Shown here one piece after another: positions 37,772 to 52,792 of a DNA stretch of 64,000 nt. The position numbers were made by a program, and so were the translations under genes. Numbering within the stretch: position 1 is the stretch's first letter; every line of letters starts with the position of its first letter. The stretch is from Eledone cirrhosa (lineage: Eukaryota). The stretch lies in NCBI GenBank assembly GCA_964016885.1, contig OZ024762.1, positions 7,130,001 through 7,194,000 on the forward strand, written 5' to 3'. Below the pieces are notes generated by a model. That model was not told where the DNA came from and did not search any database. It saw only the letters and a program-made list of their open reading frames with translations.

Positions 37772-38318
37772 AAAATTAAATTAAGGGTGTCAGAGAGACA
37801 TGTGCCATATCCACTGTAGAATATGCTCCAATGAAATATATACAAGGAAGATTAATCAATTTAAAAGGTATCTATATTTAAAGGTCTAGTTAAACTTTAA
37901 TTAGTTACCTACCTAGCTATGTGTGCTTACACACTTTTACAAATTATTCCCTGTGATTGTTTCATATGTTTATTTTAGATATATATATATGTCAATCAAT
38001 TTCTAGTTGATATATATATGTAGAAGTTATATTTAATTTGTTGGGATTCCAACAAACTTAAAAGTTTATAACTGATATAGAGCACTCAACAGAACATACT
38101 GAAAAAATAGCACAGTACCTTCGAAATATATATAATAAAACATATATTTTGATTATGTGAATGTCTTCATTTATTAATATTCTGAATAATATTAATAACT
38201 CCAGAAAACTTCTTTGTAGAGTGCTTTTAATCTATTGTAAAACTATATTCATTGAGTAATCAATGAACCATATTAATTTTTGGTTATATGTATATATATA
38301 TATATTACATACACATAC

Positions 38319-38352
<34 letters not shown>

Positions 38353-38395
38353 CTTTTTTATTTTTTTTTTATTTTATTAATCTCTCCTTCTTCAG

Positions 38396-38524
38396 AAGCT
38401 GAAACTGAGAAGCCATATTTAGTGTTGGCAGCAAACAACATGATTTTGAAGCAGAATTTGATGGATGTCTTTGGAGACCCTGTAACATTAAATCAAGCTC
38501 ATAACCGAAGCATTATGGTCTTAG
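38396..38524 (+). CDS. ROS1: ROS1-like exon, start of beta-propeller (EAETEKPYLVLAANNMILKQNLMD...)
   Basis: ctccttcttcag acceptor, G|gtaata donor; phase 1-1. PYLVLA is typical of a YWTD propeller entry strand. Confidence 0.85.
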
Positions 38525-39699
38525 GTAATAAATCTTTTCCTTAAACAAACCAATAATTCAATGATGCTTCACATGTCTTCCTTTCTTTTGTACCCAAAAT
38601 TCTACTCTAGGTGTTCAGCTATAGAACTAACCCTTTTTATACCAAGCCACTTGAAAACCATCCCTGCTTCTATCACACAAAACTGTTTACTTTAAAGTGT
38701 TCATATTTATCTAAACAAGCTTCCATCATAATTTTATGTAAGAACCTTTGTTCAGTTATGTTCCAAACACCCTTGGTTCTATGATACTAAACTGTTTGAA
38801 AGTGTTTATATTTATCTAAAAAAATTTTCCATCATAATTTTATGTAATAACCTTTGTTTAGTTATGTTCCAAACAGCCCTGGTTCTATGACACAAAACTG
38901 TTTGCTTTAAAGTTTGTATTTATCTAAAAAAAATTCAATCGTATTTTAATAAAGAACCTTTATTAAAGTTATGTTCCAAATGCTAGTTTAATAATGAAAA
39001 GGTTATATTACTAAATTCTACCTTCTCTGTTTTCTAATCTTCTCAAAAGCCATGAGAGAATCTTGAGGCCAAACAAGAGACATGGTAAGAACGACAGGCA
39101 GATGGTCTATCATCGATGTGTGCTCTGTGCTCTAACGAATCTGCCTACCCATTGTTCTTTGATGATGATGATACTAGATAATAATGATAATCTAAACTAT
39201 AATAAAGTAAGGAGTGCAGGACTGCGTACAGTTTATAATTTTTTACCCCATTAGTAAAATAAGTTGGATTACTTTGGATAAATAATGAATGAATATTACA
39301 TATTTCATAATTTATCTGCTAAATTTCGTGGCTGTTGATTAAATATATTTTATTGTTTATTCAAAGATTCACTTCTTCAAAATTTTCAAATGGCAACACT
39401 TCCGGTTAGCGATCGCTTAAATAAACATTCATATATTCCCGTCACTAATTATCTCCTAATGCAGTTTATATATAATATCGTCTTTTTTTTAATGTATCAT
39501 GGATTACTTTACTGATTACAGAAGACAGTGTAACACAGTCTTCATTCAATTTCTGTGTATATTGTCAATTACGATTTTATTGGATGTATCGTATCTACAT
39601 GTATATATACTTGTGTATAATATCAATATACACACTACACATGCTAGCAGAAAACTACCCAAACGGTGGTTTTTCTGCTAGTATATATAATATTTGGAC

Positions 39700-39937
39700 T
39701 AGATACCTAGAAAGCCATCTCTGCAAGAGAAACAGAAAATAGTGCTGACTGGTACTGTCCATGTCCTGAGAAGGGCATTATCAATTTAAAAAACCTTTAC
39801 TGTTGTTTGTGTCCTTGTGTCATCATTTGTTTGACAATTGATTGTAAAATGTGTCTATTATCAAATATTGCCTCCTCAGGTGTCAGGTTGGCACTCAACA
39901 GGATTTGGAAAAGAAGCAGAATTCAAAGGAAGTTTCA

Positions 39938-39968
<31 letters not shown>

Positions 39969-40075
39969 TCAGGCATCAACTAAGACAAAAAAAAAGTAGG
40001 CTTGTTAATTGATGGTGCCTCCTGATAGAAACATCTCAGTAATGAAGGGATGACACACAATAGAAATAAGATTAA
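39700..40075 (+). mobile_element. R4/Dong-like (RLE) non-LTR 3' fragment(s) in (TAA)n
   Basis: PRKPSLQEKQKIVLTGTVHVLRRALSI* followed by UTR and (TAA)n; adjacent degenerate LLID..P.DRNISV motif. Confidence 0.65.
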
Positions 40076-40260
40076 TAACAATAATAATAATATCAATAAT
40101 AATAATTATTATTATTTCAAAAAGGTTGTTTAGATTTGGTTCATTTCTCAAAAGAAATAGGTGAAATTATAAGATGGTGCTTATGGAATTCTTTAGTTTA
40201 TATAAAGTAACTATTTTAAAACATTTTATTAAGTTAATATAAAGAATGGTGTGTTCATGT

Positions 40261-40535
40261 GGAGGCATGTGGCCAAGTGGTAAGGGTGTTGGACTTACGA
40301 CATAATTTCATGGGTTCGATTCCTAGACTGGATTGTGTTCTTGAGCAAAACACTTCATTTCATGTTGCTCCAGTATACTCAGCTGAAAACAAGTACCAGT
40401 AATAGCTGGGAGTTTAGTCCTGCTATGGACTGTTGTCCTGTCCATGGAATAGTCTTATTCTTTCAGTTGCTTAATGCCATGGAAACTGGGATTATCACTG
40501 GCTTGACAAGTCACCAGGCTCATGACAGGCTTTAG
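40261..40535 (+). mobile_element. older CORE-type tRNA SINE (relatives at ~52975, ~56375, ~57580)
   Basis: ggaggcatgtggccaagtgg..ggttcgattcc..cttgagcaaaacactt..ccagtatactcagctg. Confidence 0.65.
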
Positions 40536-41852
40536 TGCTCATGAAGATGCTATTAAATAGCTTATTTTATAAGTATCTTCATGCATGAGCACACCATTTC
40601 TTATGTTAACTTTATTACCTCAGCTTTTCGTAAAAGTCTGAGAGATCGGCTATGTATATATAATGTTTGTTAACATTTTATTAAGTGTTTAAATTTGTAT
40701 TAAAGCTTGTATTTTACTAACAAGATTTGGTCTCCTGAAAACAGAAACAAGTTTTTAGATAAAGATTTTTTGTGAACCCTTTTGTTACCAAACCACACCT
40801 AGTTTTATGATACCAAGCTGTTTGTTTTAAAAGTGTTTTTATATTTATCTAAAAACCTTCCATAATAATTTCATGTAATAAGCTCTGTAATGTTATGTTC
40901 CAAATATTGGCTTAATAATAAGAAAGATTCCTCACAAAGGGACAGCCCGTCCTACCCATGCTAGCGTGGAAGATGGACGTTAAATGATGATGATGATATT
41001 TAGCACATTGATCATTTATTCAATATACAAAATCTCACAATATCATGAAAGGCCATTGACATTATATCAAAATAATTGAACAGTATTTAATAAGAAGAAA
41101 GTTATATTACTGAATTCCTTGTGTCAAGAGCACACAGGCTCTCTAGTATAGGAGAAAGGAAAAAAACATAGCTAGTATACATTGTAAATTGGTTGGTGAT
41201 TGGAAGGGTACCCAGGTGTAGGAAACCTGCCAATGGGTAGAAAGGACTGTTTAGCTGTGGCAAATACATGACCACTTCCCTAGTGCTGAGGCCATGATAA
41301 AATACATTGTACACTCTGTAGAGTTAGGAACATATTTGAGGTGTAGAATCCAGTTCATCTGAGAGGGTCAGGGCTTTTGATTAACTACTTGGTCTGTGAT
41401 TACATGTCCAACCCTAACTAGCAGGGAAAAGTGGACATTGAGTAGTGGTGGTGGTGGTGAGGGTGCAGAGAAGGAGGATTTTAATTTTAAAAGGGACCCT
41501 TTAACCCTGATTAAGTACTGACATGTTCTGTGTTAACCCATCCAACCCTTGTTAACAGGGAAAAGTTGACATTAAATGATGGTAATGGTTAATGGAAGGG
41601 TTTCTGATTTAGGTACAAGGTCAACAATATGGGGGAAGGGGGAAGAGTCGAATAAATTGACCCCAGTGCATTACTGGTGCTTTATTTTATCAGCCCCGGT
41701 AAGGATGAAAGGCAAAGCTAACCTCAGTGGGATTTGAACTCACAACATAAAGTTAATAATAATAAGGGGTTTAAAATTTTATTGAAGAATTTAATCTGTA
41801 GAATAATAAGAGCTATGTCTGTTAGTGCACTCATCAAGCTATCTATATAGTA

Positions 41853-42162
41853 CAGTGGAACCTCGCTTCACAAACTTAATTCGATCCTCAAGGCCATTCG
41901 TCACCCGAAATGTTCGTAAACTGAAACTATTTTTCCCATATGAAATGTTGAGAGAGAAATACAGTGGGAGAGAGAAATGTGTGTAAAAGATAGATAGATA
42001 TCACCATAGTAACTAACGACACAGCAAATGATACTTTCCACTAAGATTCCCAGCTTGTTGCCAACCATTGTTGCTGGCTTGTGTGTACGTTTCTCGAGAC
42101 ACAGTTTGTCAACCGAGATGTTTTATGTTTGGAAAGGTTGTTCATGAACCCAAGTTCCACTA
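41853..42162. mobile_element. Tigger/pogo-like MITE, second copy
   Basis: Same TIR (3' end degenerate) and internal sequence as the 57884 copy. Confidence 0.8.
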
Positions 42163-43804
42163 TATTTCATAATATTCCACCTACTAACTAACAAAAGTGG
42201 GGGCCCCCTCCACCCCAAAGAACAACAAGTTTTTCTAGAGGCTTTGGCTAGCTGTGGGCCAGTGTGTCAATAACATATGTTTTAACAGTAACAATTAGGA
42301 ATGGACATCTGTCGATGACAGTATTTTAAATCATATAACTAACGTTTGTGTAGTTTACACTAAAGGTATTTACTTTAGCTTTAGCCACATCACTGAGGGG
42401 CTGTAGGGCTGTGGAGGTTGGGGGTGGGCTGTTTTAATTTCTTTACCAATTCCAACTAGTTGCTTTCAGATCCTACTTTCCTTTCACACCACCTTCCCCC
42501 ACCACCTGTCTTTCTCTCTCTCCCTTCCTTTCTCTCTCTCTCCATCTCTTCTCCTTTACCTCTCTCCTTTCCATTTCTCTCTTTTATTTCCTTCTATTCT
42601 CCTCCATCTTTCCCTCTCCCTTCTTTCTCTCTCCTTCTCTCTTTCTCCCTCTCTGATTTCCTTCTACTCTTCCAACTCTCCCTCCCTCACTCTCTCTTTT
42701 TTATTTCCTTCTACTCTCTCTCTCCCTCACTTTCTCTCCCTTTCATTCTCTCTCTCTCTCTCTTCTCACCCTTCAACCTCATATACACAAAATATAGTTT
42801 TTCAAGCTAGCCATTTCTATGAATAACCAAAACAAAAATATTTACAACAGAAATATTTTCATTGAAAACCAATAATTATAATTTTACCTTCTCTATTAAT
42901 TCCTCTTCCATTTCTCTTTGAATGTTTTCATTTTCTCTACAATGAGGTTAGCCATATTTTCTCTACAATGAGGTTAGCCATATTATGACCAATTACTATT
43001 AGTTTATTGAAATGAATGTGTGACCCAGAAAGTCTATCTACTAATATAACAGCCGATGTGTATTTGTCCGTCACACACTAGAGATGACTGAGGAAGGAAG
43101 GGGTGATTATGTTGTCTGAGGAAGGAAGGGGTGTCTAAGCAGCATCTAACATTTGCTACACTTGTGTGTGTATATGTATAGTGAATTGGCTACACACATT
43201 AGCTGTTATGATTATGTGTTTGTGTGCGTGTATATGTGTGTTTGTGTAAATTATATTTATACATAATATTTGTATGAGTCTATATGTGTCTGTGTGTGTT
43301 TATTTAGAAAGATACATAGACAGTAGAATTACAAACACACACGAATCTACACATACATATATATATAAACAGACACACTTAGAAAAAATAATTATTACAT
43401 ACACATACATCTATGTGATGACTGAGGAAGGAGGGGTGGTGAGAAACTATGGAAGTCCAGCGTTCTAAGATTTGTCACAGTTGTGTGTTTGTTTGTTTGC
43501 ATCACTTGTACGAGTGAGCGTAAAGGAACCAACTAACCAACAAGCAAACAGCTCTTTTTTATATTATGTATAGATATTACAATTAGCCATCATTTTTGAC
43601 GGCACGGGGCCAACTAATACTATAATAAGAACCATGTCTGTCAGTCCATCTGTCATATTTTCTCTCTATATAGAGCTGGGAAGTTAATCCTGCAATAAAC
43701 TGGCATTGTATCCAGGGAGAGTCTTGTACTCTCAATCACTTGACGCCAAGGAAACTGAGGATAGGTCTTGGCCTAATGAGCTTAGAACAGACTTTAACTA
43801 ACTA

Positions 43805-44030
43805 ACTACATTTTAGATTCTTTAATACTGAATCGGTCCCCATGCCAAGTTGAGGAAAAGATGCGTAGATCTCAAAGTTGTCAAAAACTGGGACTAGTGC
43901 GAGCACATCGGAAATCCTGCTCTTACTGATGGCTGTCACATCTATATCTACGGAGATGAAGTCATTGAGCAACTGCCCTTGCTTACAGGATGACCCCCGG
44001 GTCACATACATTTATGTAACTTACTCTAAA
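43805..44030 (-). mobile_element. L1/Tx1-like AP-endonuclease N-terminal fragment
   Basis: INV..GSSCKQGQLLNDFISVDIDVTAISKSR resembles the APE motif N(V)RG..K...L...D(I)..IQET. Confidence 0.5.
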
Positions 44031-45309
44031 ATTGCCATGTTAACTGGAAAGAGTTAAGAGAAAAAAAAAGTGGGGGGGCTTCTTCCCCTCCTGGTACTAT
44101 TGCACACTGGGCGGTTTGACCTCCATATCTGGCTGGGACTCCTCTGGTAACCCTTTTACTAGCCTACTAGTGACCTTTGCATTAGAGGTTCCCAAATCAT
44201 AGAGGAAGTGCTCCCTAATGTTTTTGTATGTATATATAGACATCCTCACCATCATTAAAGTTTGTGGCACTTTAAACTATGATATATAACTGTTTCGTTT
44301 TTAAATGTTTATGATTAACTAAAAACCTTCCATGATAATTCTATGTGAGAACCTTTAAGTTATGTTCCAAACACCAACTTAAAAACAAAAAAGGCAGTTA
44401 TATTACTAACTCCTTCCAAATTATTAATTATTTGAAAATTATTTGGAAACCGTGTGGTGTCTTTCATTAGAAATATGGTAACAAATGGGTTAAGGTGTTT
44501 ATATTTATCTAAAAACCTTCCATCATAATTTTACTTAACAATCTTTGTTATGTTCCAAACACAAGCTTAATAATGAGAAAGTAAATTATATTACTAAATC
44601 TCTTCAAATTCTTGATTATTTAAAAAATTATTTGAAAATCATAGGCAATGTCTTTCATTAGAAATATGGTAATGAAAGGGTTAAAGTATTTATGTATTTA
44701 TGTAAAAACTTTCCAACGTAATTTTATGTAAGAACCTTTGTTAAGTTATATCCCAAACACAAGATAAATAATGCAGAACTTCATTATTCTTGATTATTTT
44801 CCAAATTACCTGAAAACTATAGGACAGTGTCTTTTATTAGAAATATGGTAAAGAAAGAGTTTAAAGTGTTTATATTTATGTAAAAACCTTCCAACGGTGT
44901 TTTATGTAAGAACCTTTATGTTCCAAACACATGATAAATAGAAATATGGTAACAAAGGGTTAAAAGATAGCTGCTGAGATCATTTCTCTCACTTTCAGAT
45001 AACACAATCGATTGGTTTTAATATTCTATTTATCAATAAAAGAAAATATCTTTTTTATCAAACACCAAATATAATTTTTCTAGTCAGTTTACTCATTTAA
45101 ATTAAATTTTTTTTATTAATTACATATTAAAGATTGTTATGTTTATTTCCCATTTCTAACAAAAATACTAATTAACTTTGTTTTATATATATCTTGTATA
45201 TTTATTGTTGATGTTGTTATCCAATTATTGAAATGTTTTTTCAGGAAGTTTCTGATGAGTTTTTTTTGTGATTTCTTTTTCTTCTAAAATTTGAAACAAA
45301 TTTTGTTTG

Positions 45310-45376
<67 letters not shown>

Positions 45377-45421
45377 TATGTGTGTGTGTATGTGTATGTA
45401 TGGATATATACATACATATAC

Positions 45422-45460
<39 letters not shown>

Positions 45461-45710
45461 TATAAATATATATATATACATATATATATATAGATATGTA
45501 TATATATGTATATATACATACATATGTACATATATGTAAAAACACACACACACATATATATATAGGCATACATATATATATGCATACATATATATATATA
45601 TATGTGTATATATATATATATGTTTATATATATATATATGTGTGTGTATATGCATATATGTATATGTATATATGTATATATATCTATGTATATATATATA
45701 TATATATGTG

Positions 45711-45742
<32 letters not shown>

Positions 45743-45864
45743 TATGTGTATATATATATATATGTGTGTGTATATATATATATATATATATGTGTGTATA
45801 TATATATATATATATGTGTGTATATATATATATATATGTATATATATGTGTGTGTATATATATA

Positions 45865-45975
<111 letters not shown>

Positions 45976-46055
45976 ATATATATATATATATGTGTGTATA
46001 TATATATATATATATGTGTATATATATATATATATATTATATTTGTTTTGCAAGA

Positions 46056-46400
46056 TGGAGGCACATGGCTTAGTGGTTAGAGCATTGGCCTTGCAATCGA
46101 AAGGTTGTGAGTTCAATTCTCAGACCGGGCGATGTGCTGTTTCCTTGAGCAAGGCACTTTATTTCACATTGCTCCAGTTTACTCAGCTGTAGAAATGAGA
46201 TGATAGGGACTGGAGTCCCAATCATTCCACTGCAAAGTGGTCGTGGGGGTGCCACGGCAAAAAAAGCACCCAGCACTCACTGTAAATGAGGTTGGTGTTA
46301 GGAAGGGCATCGAGCTGTAGAAATCAAGCCAGAATCAGTTCCCGTCCCACCCTTGCAAGCAGGGAAAAGTGGACGTAAAAATGAAGTGAAATGAATGAAT
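46056..46400 (+). mobile_element. tRNA SINE family A, full length
   Basis: ggaggcacatggcttagtggttagag..gagttcaattc..core..RTE tail. Confidence 0.85.
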
Positions 46401-46419
46401 GAATATATGTGTATATCTA

Positions 46420-46470
<51 letters not shown>

Positions 46471-46779
46471 ATATATATATATGTGTATATATATATATAT
46501 GTGTGCATATATATATGTGTATATATATATGTATATATATATGTGTGTATATATATATATATATATGTGTATATATATATATATATATGTGTATATATAT
46601 ATATATGTGTATATATATATATATATTTTGAGTATATGTTGGTTGTATACCAATATATATATATATATATATATGTGTATATATATATATTTTGAGTATA
46701 TGTTGGTTGTATACCAATATATATATATATATATATTAGGAAAATATATATATTAGGAAAATCTGCTTCGTAGAATCAA

Positions 46780-46875
46780 GACGTACCTGAGGATCTTGCG
46801 ATTTTCAGAGTCAGGTTCGATCATCACATCGATCATGCCTCGAGCTGCTCGCCAGAGAAACGATCGTAATATGTC
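46780..46875 (+). ncRNA. type I hammerhead ribozyme motif with long stem II
   Basis: GACGTAc-CTGAGGA(46787)-TCTTGCGA..TCGCCAGA-GAAA(46857)-CGATCG palindrome-TA-aTATGTC; GUA triplet. Confidence 0.7.
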
Positions 46876-46955
46876 CAATAAATTCCATTCGTCGCAACAC
46901 TGATTCTCTTTTTTTCTGTGATATATATATATTTATAAACTATATTACTGCCAGC

Positions 46956-48221
46956 CAGGGTTTCTCAAACTTTCTACTTTTATAGACCCTTCATAACAAA
47001 ATACTATTTCTATTCACACTCAAAACAAATTCAGCGAATATAAAATTTACAAAACCTAATTTCCTACTTGGCTAAAATCAGCTTTCGTCCTATGAAACAA
47101 AACTAACCATTTTAAATGGTTCCTATTTAACTTATAACATCCTGTACCACATGAAACTACTTTAGAAAAACATTCTTCAAAAGTATAAAACCACACTACA
47201 GCTGCATCACATTAAAAATTAAAGTTTTCACGTTAGTTTACTACAAATTTTCACAACAATCTCTCCACTTGTAAAGATACTATAAATACTTGAATTAACA
47301 AACTTATTTTTAGATGTTAACAGTTAAACTAAAATCTTCCAACATAATTTTACATAAGTTACTAACTTTGTAATGAAATAATTAACAATTTTAGTAAATC
47401 TCTCAAAATGTTTCATGAATAAACTGAAATATAATGTATTTCATTAGAAATATGGCCACAAAGGGAATTAATAGATACAACTGACTTATAAAAAAATAGT
47501 GTATTATTTGAAGGCTACCACAATGTAAGTGTTAAAAATATGATAAAGGGCTGCAAGATAACACCATGGTTGTTATATTTTTATTACTGTCCAATTCATA
47601 TTGTGGTAGACTTCAAATAATACACTATTTTCTATACTTCAAACAAACTACCACACAACTAGTAAATTCAACTAAATGTTTTTTTTTATTCACCCCTACC
47701 AAAATAGAGGGTATTTATTTGAAATATGACCACAAAACAAATTAATATATAAACTCAACTGCTTGCAGACCCAAAAGTTGTTTTGTTTTCCCTACCAAAA
47801 TTTATTTAATATAGCCACAAAATTAATAAATGAAATTTATTTAATAGGAATATAGCCACAAAATTAATAAATAAAATTTATTTAATAGGAATATAGCCAC
47901 AAAATTAATAAATAAAATTTATTTAATAGGAATATAGCCACAAAATTAATAAATAAAATTTATTTAATAGGAATATAGCCACAAAATTAATAAATAAAAT
48001 TTATTTAATAGGAATATAGCCACAAAATTAATAAATAAAATTTATTTAATAGGAATATAGCCACAAAATTAATAAATAAAATTTATTTAATAGGAATATA
48101 ACCACAAAATTAATAAATAAATTCAACTGCTTGTGGAGCCCCTAAGCTTTTTATTCAAACTCGGCCAAAAATTTTACTCAACCTCCTAAGGTGTCTATAT
48201 AGACCAGTTTGAGAAGCCCTG
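46956..48221. mobile_element. hAT/Charlie-like non-autonomous element
   Basis: TIR CAGGGTTTCTCAAAC...GTTTGAGAAGCCCTG; 8-bp TSD not matching. Confidence 0.45.
47798..48123. repeat. 41-bp AT-rich minisatellite x~8
   Basis: atttatttaataggaatatagccacaaaattaataaataaa. Confidence 0.9.
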
Positions 48222-49805
48222 CTTATAATCTGTTGTTATAATTTATAAACGTGTTCTTTCCTTCTTATTTCACTGTCCATCTCTCTCTCTCTCTCTACAA
48301 AGGACCGAAGGTGTTGTATAAAAGTAAAACAAGACTAATACAAGGTAACACATGGTTATAAGGTTTATCGTAAAACAAAAAAAAAAAAATAGTTTGTTGT
48401 TGTTGTTTTTTAGTACTTTTTATATGGTTCTTTTATTGTATTTTGTTGATGTTTATGGCTTTTATTTTTTTTTTCACCCTTTTAAAACAAAAAAACAAAA
48501 GTAATAATTATAATAAAATAACAATTTTGTTGTTCTAGTTGTCACCATAGTGATTGTTCATTGTTGATGTTGTTATTTGTTTTAGCATTTTTATTTTTTG
48601 CATTATTTTAATTTTATTTTATTATATTCCTTTATTGTTATTGTTGTTGTTGTTATTTTCCATTAATTTTTTGTTCTTTTTTTATGTATTTTGCACCATA
48701 CATTGTTGTTGTTTTTATTTTGGCATTGTTTAGTTGACGACATTTCAAAAACACAGAACTGGATTCCTTGTTGCTTTATTGTTTAAAATATTTATTTAGT
48801 TAGTGTGTATGTATGTATGTATGTATGTGTATATGTATGTATATATGTATATGTATGTATATTTGTATGCATGTATGTATGTATATTTGTATATATGTAT
48901 GTATATTTGTATATATGTATGTATATTTGTATGTATGTATGTATATTTGTATGTATGTATATTTGTATATATGTATGTATATTTGTATGTATGTATGTAT
49001 GTATGTTTGTATGTATGTATGTATATATGTATGTATGTATATTTGTATATATGTATGTATATTTGTATGTATGTATGTATGTATATTTGTATGTATGTAT
49101 ATTTGTATATATGAATATGTATGCATGTATGTATGTATGAATGTATATTTGTATATATGTATGTTGGCTCACTCTTGAGTGCTACTGGTAACATGTAACC
49201 CAGTACAACATGTCACATGGTCAGGTCGTCAGCAACTAAATCGGCAACCCCACCAAGTTTATTTGGTGAGGAGGGTGATTTTGGACACCCTGCAGGACAA
49301 AAACAAAACCTGACAAAGGGCGGAAGAACTCATAAGAATCCACAGCCATCTGAAATTGTGTAAATATGTATATGCACATGTACCGCCCTATTAAACCACT
49401 GGGAGTGAAGGACCCCTAGCCTCTGTCAGGGCATTCTTCTAGGAGAAGGCAACTCAGGCAACTGGGATAACTCCGATATAAAACCTGTGGCTCAGTAGTT
49501 ACCGATGATGTTGATCTTTTCTTCTTTTCGGGTTATAGCTACTGTCGCTCAGAGAGTGGGATTGGCTCAGTGCACAGTCTTTCCTCACTTTAAAAAATAT
49601 CTTCACGCACAGGCATTGCACGATAGAATTAATTAATAATTATTAATAATGGTATATCGTGCAATGACCATACTCGATAACGAGGGGGCAGCCATCATGT
49701 GTGTATATGTGTATGTATGTGTGTATGTATGTTGGTATGTATGTTATGTATGTATATATATATATACTTATAAGTATATATATATATATGTGTGTGTGTG
49801 TGTAT

Positions 49806-50436
49806 AGTTAGACAACAGTGATCAAAAGTTAGACACCAGATATCAAAATTTAGACAGCAGATGCCAAACGTTAGACACCAGATATCTAAAGTTAGACAAC
49901 AGTGATCAAAAGTTAGACACTAGATGTCTAAAGTGAGACAGCAGATAACTAAAGTTAGACACCAGATATCTAAAGTTAGACACTAGATATGAAAAGTTAG
50001 ACACCAGATATGAAAAGTTAGACACCAGATATCAAAAGTTAGACACCAGATATGAAAAGTTAGACACCAGATATGAAAAGTTAGACACCAGATATGAAAA
50101 GCTAGACACCAGATATGAAAAGTTAGACACCAGATATGAAAAGTTAGACACCAGATATCAAAAGTTAGACACCAGATATGAAAAGTTAGACACCAGATAT
50201 CAAAAGTTAGACACCAGATATGAAAAGTTAGACACCAGATATGAAAAGTTAGACACCAGATATCAAAAGTTAGACACCAGATATGAAAAGTTAGACACCA
50301 GATATCAAAAGTTAGACACCAGATATCAAAAGTTAGACACCAGATATCTAAAGTTAGACACCAGATATGAAAAGTTAGACACCAGATATGAAAAGTTAGA
50401 CACCAGATATCAAAAGTTAGACACCAGATATCTAAA
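49806..50436. repeat. 21-bp minisatellite x~30
   Basis: aaaagttagacaccagatat(g/c). Confidence 0.93.
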
Positions 50437-50543
50437 GTGTTTTTACTATCCACCAGCTCTCAATTTCTTTCACATTGATATATTTTCATTTCCAACACCA
50501 AATATCCATGAAGGAATTTTTTGTCTTTATTCAATTAATTTTT

Positions 50544-50639
<96 letters not shown>

Positions 50640-52431
50640 ATAATTAAGCCTTAAGAAACTTCAAATTATTTAAGAATGAGTTGATTTCCATTAATACTTG
50701 TTAGTTGTTAGAAATGGTTGACAGTAGACACCCCCCAATAGTTGGGAGGTTAGGTGGGGTGGTGTGCTGCAGGGAGCAACAACTACTAGATGATGTTTAG
50801 AACATTTGTAGAGAAAAGAATTAACAAATAAAAAAGAAAAACAAAGATAAAACAAACAACTACTACAACAAAAAACTGAAGATGCTGAAACTGTGAAAGA
50901 AGGAATTGTAATAGAAGGTTAAAGGTGAAAAAGAATGAGGAAATTAAAGTCAACTCTAAATGTGGAAGGGAAAAAATTGGTTTTGTATTTGTTTTGCAAG
51001 ATTCTTAATGTAAAATTGTTTGTTGAAACAGATATTATTATACTTTGGTAGGGTCATGCTGCCAATAAAAACACATGTACCAGTGAGATTGTCTTCAGTT
51101 TCATTATTAGTTGATTAACTAATCCATTAGGCAGCATATTGGCAGAGTTGTTAGAATGTCGGATAGAGTGGCTTGAGGTATTTGTTCTGAATTTCTGCTC
51201 TCCAAGTTCAAATCTTGCCTAGGTCAACTTTGCCTTTCATCCTTTCAAGGCCAATAAACATGTACCAGTCTAATACTGGGGTCGATTCTTCCTCTATATC
51301 TCTTTCTCACTTCTATTCTCTCACTCTATCCTTCTCTGCAAGAAATCTGTTGTGTTCAGACCAGGAGAGGGATAGGTTCAATCAGGTGGAAATTGCCCAA
51401 GAAATGGGACTCCCCCAGGAGTTACGGGATCATACCACCTAATCTATTCATCAGTTAGTTTAGTGACCAGACGGCTGTATAATAGTTAATTTTCATATTA
51501 ATTGTCAAAGATCTTTCATCACACCCTGTGACCTTCTCAAAGGCTATTCCTCTGTGTCTTCTCTTTATTCTGATCCTGTTTAATTCAGTCCATCTTGTCT
51601 TTTTGTGGTTACTAAACTAACTGAAGGGTGGATTAGTTACCTGACTAATAATAAAACTGAAGAGAAACTCAGCTGGTACATATGTTTCCATCAGCAACAT
51701 GACCCTACCAAAGGAAAAAAAAATGGTTTTGGAGTTTTAAGTTAGAAATTTTAACCTGATCATTCTGACAAAAACCAAAATAAATAAAATTCCTCATTAT
51801 TCTACGGACTACCAGTAATGCACTGGGTAATTGCTGGCCTTGTGCCTAATGTAGAAACAATTATTTATTTTAATCAAACAAAAAAAATTATCAGATTACA
51901 TAGATAAAAAAAAAAGTTATATGAAATATTTTGGAGTTGTACATGTCTGGCAGGTGACTTGATCTGAGACTTTGTTGAAACTAAAACAATTGAATATTCC
52001 ATGCAGTAATAGCTTTAGTTTCAACACAGTCTCAGATCAAGTCACATGCCAGACATGTACAACACTAGCTAAAATGACTCTTCCATGATATAATTGCTTT
52101 AGTTTCAACACAGAGTCTTAGATCAAGTCACCTACCAGACATGTACAACTGTGGCTAAAATGTTTCTTAGATGATGTAATTATTTCAACATTTCATTTTT
52201 GGTTCAGCTTTCGTACAAATGATAGAAATATTTTAAAATGATTTAAAATGGCAAATTTAACCAATTTTTTCCCCTCCTTCCAAATTTCAATATATAATAT
52301 ATATTTTGGAAGTCATTCGGTTTTTTTTAAAAGTAAAACTTGAATAAAATTAATATCTAGAAACATTCTGCTAACTGCAACAGCAACAAAAGCAACATAA
52401 GTTTGAATGGGTATTTATGAAAGATCTGTTT

Positions 52432-52479
<48 letters not shown>

Positions 52480-52745
52480 ATGTGTGTGTGCATATGTATG
52501 CATGTATATGTATGTGTATATGTGTGAGTATGATATGTATATGTGTATGTGTGTATGTGTACATGCATGTATGTATGTGTGTGTTTGTATGTATGTGTAT
52601 ATGTGTGTATGTGTATGTATGTGTGTGTATGTATTTGTAAGTGTGCGTATGTGTATGCATGTGTGCGTGTATATGTATATGCATGTATGTGTGTGTATGT
52701 ATATATATATATATATATATTTATATGTGTGTGTATGTATATATG

Positions 52746-52792
<47 letters not shown>

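Noticed and set aside
39305-39390. Minus-strand TTGAAGA...CACGAAA motif
   Set aside because: Core mutated and no clear UH or stem I; cannot be supported.
43038-43616. Possible Helitron-like element (TC...CTAA ends)
   Set aside because: Terminal hairpin is weak; not enough evidence without a family alignment.
45245-45312. CTGATGA...GAAACAAATTTTGTT hammerhead-like string
   Set aside because: Stem II is only low-complexity T/A pairing and no stem I forms.
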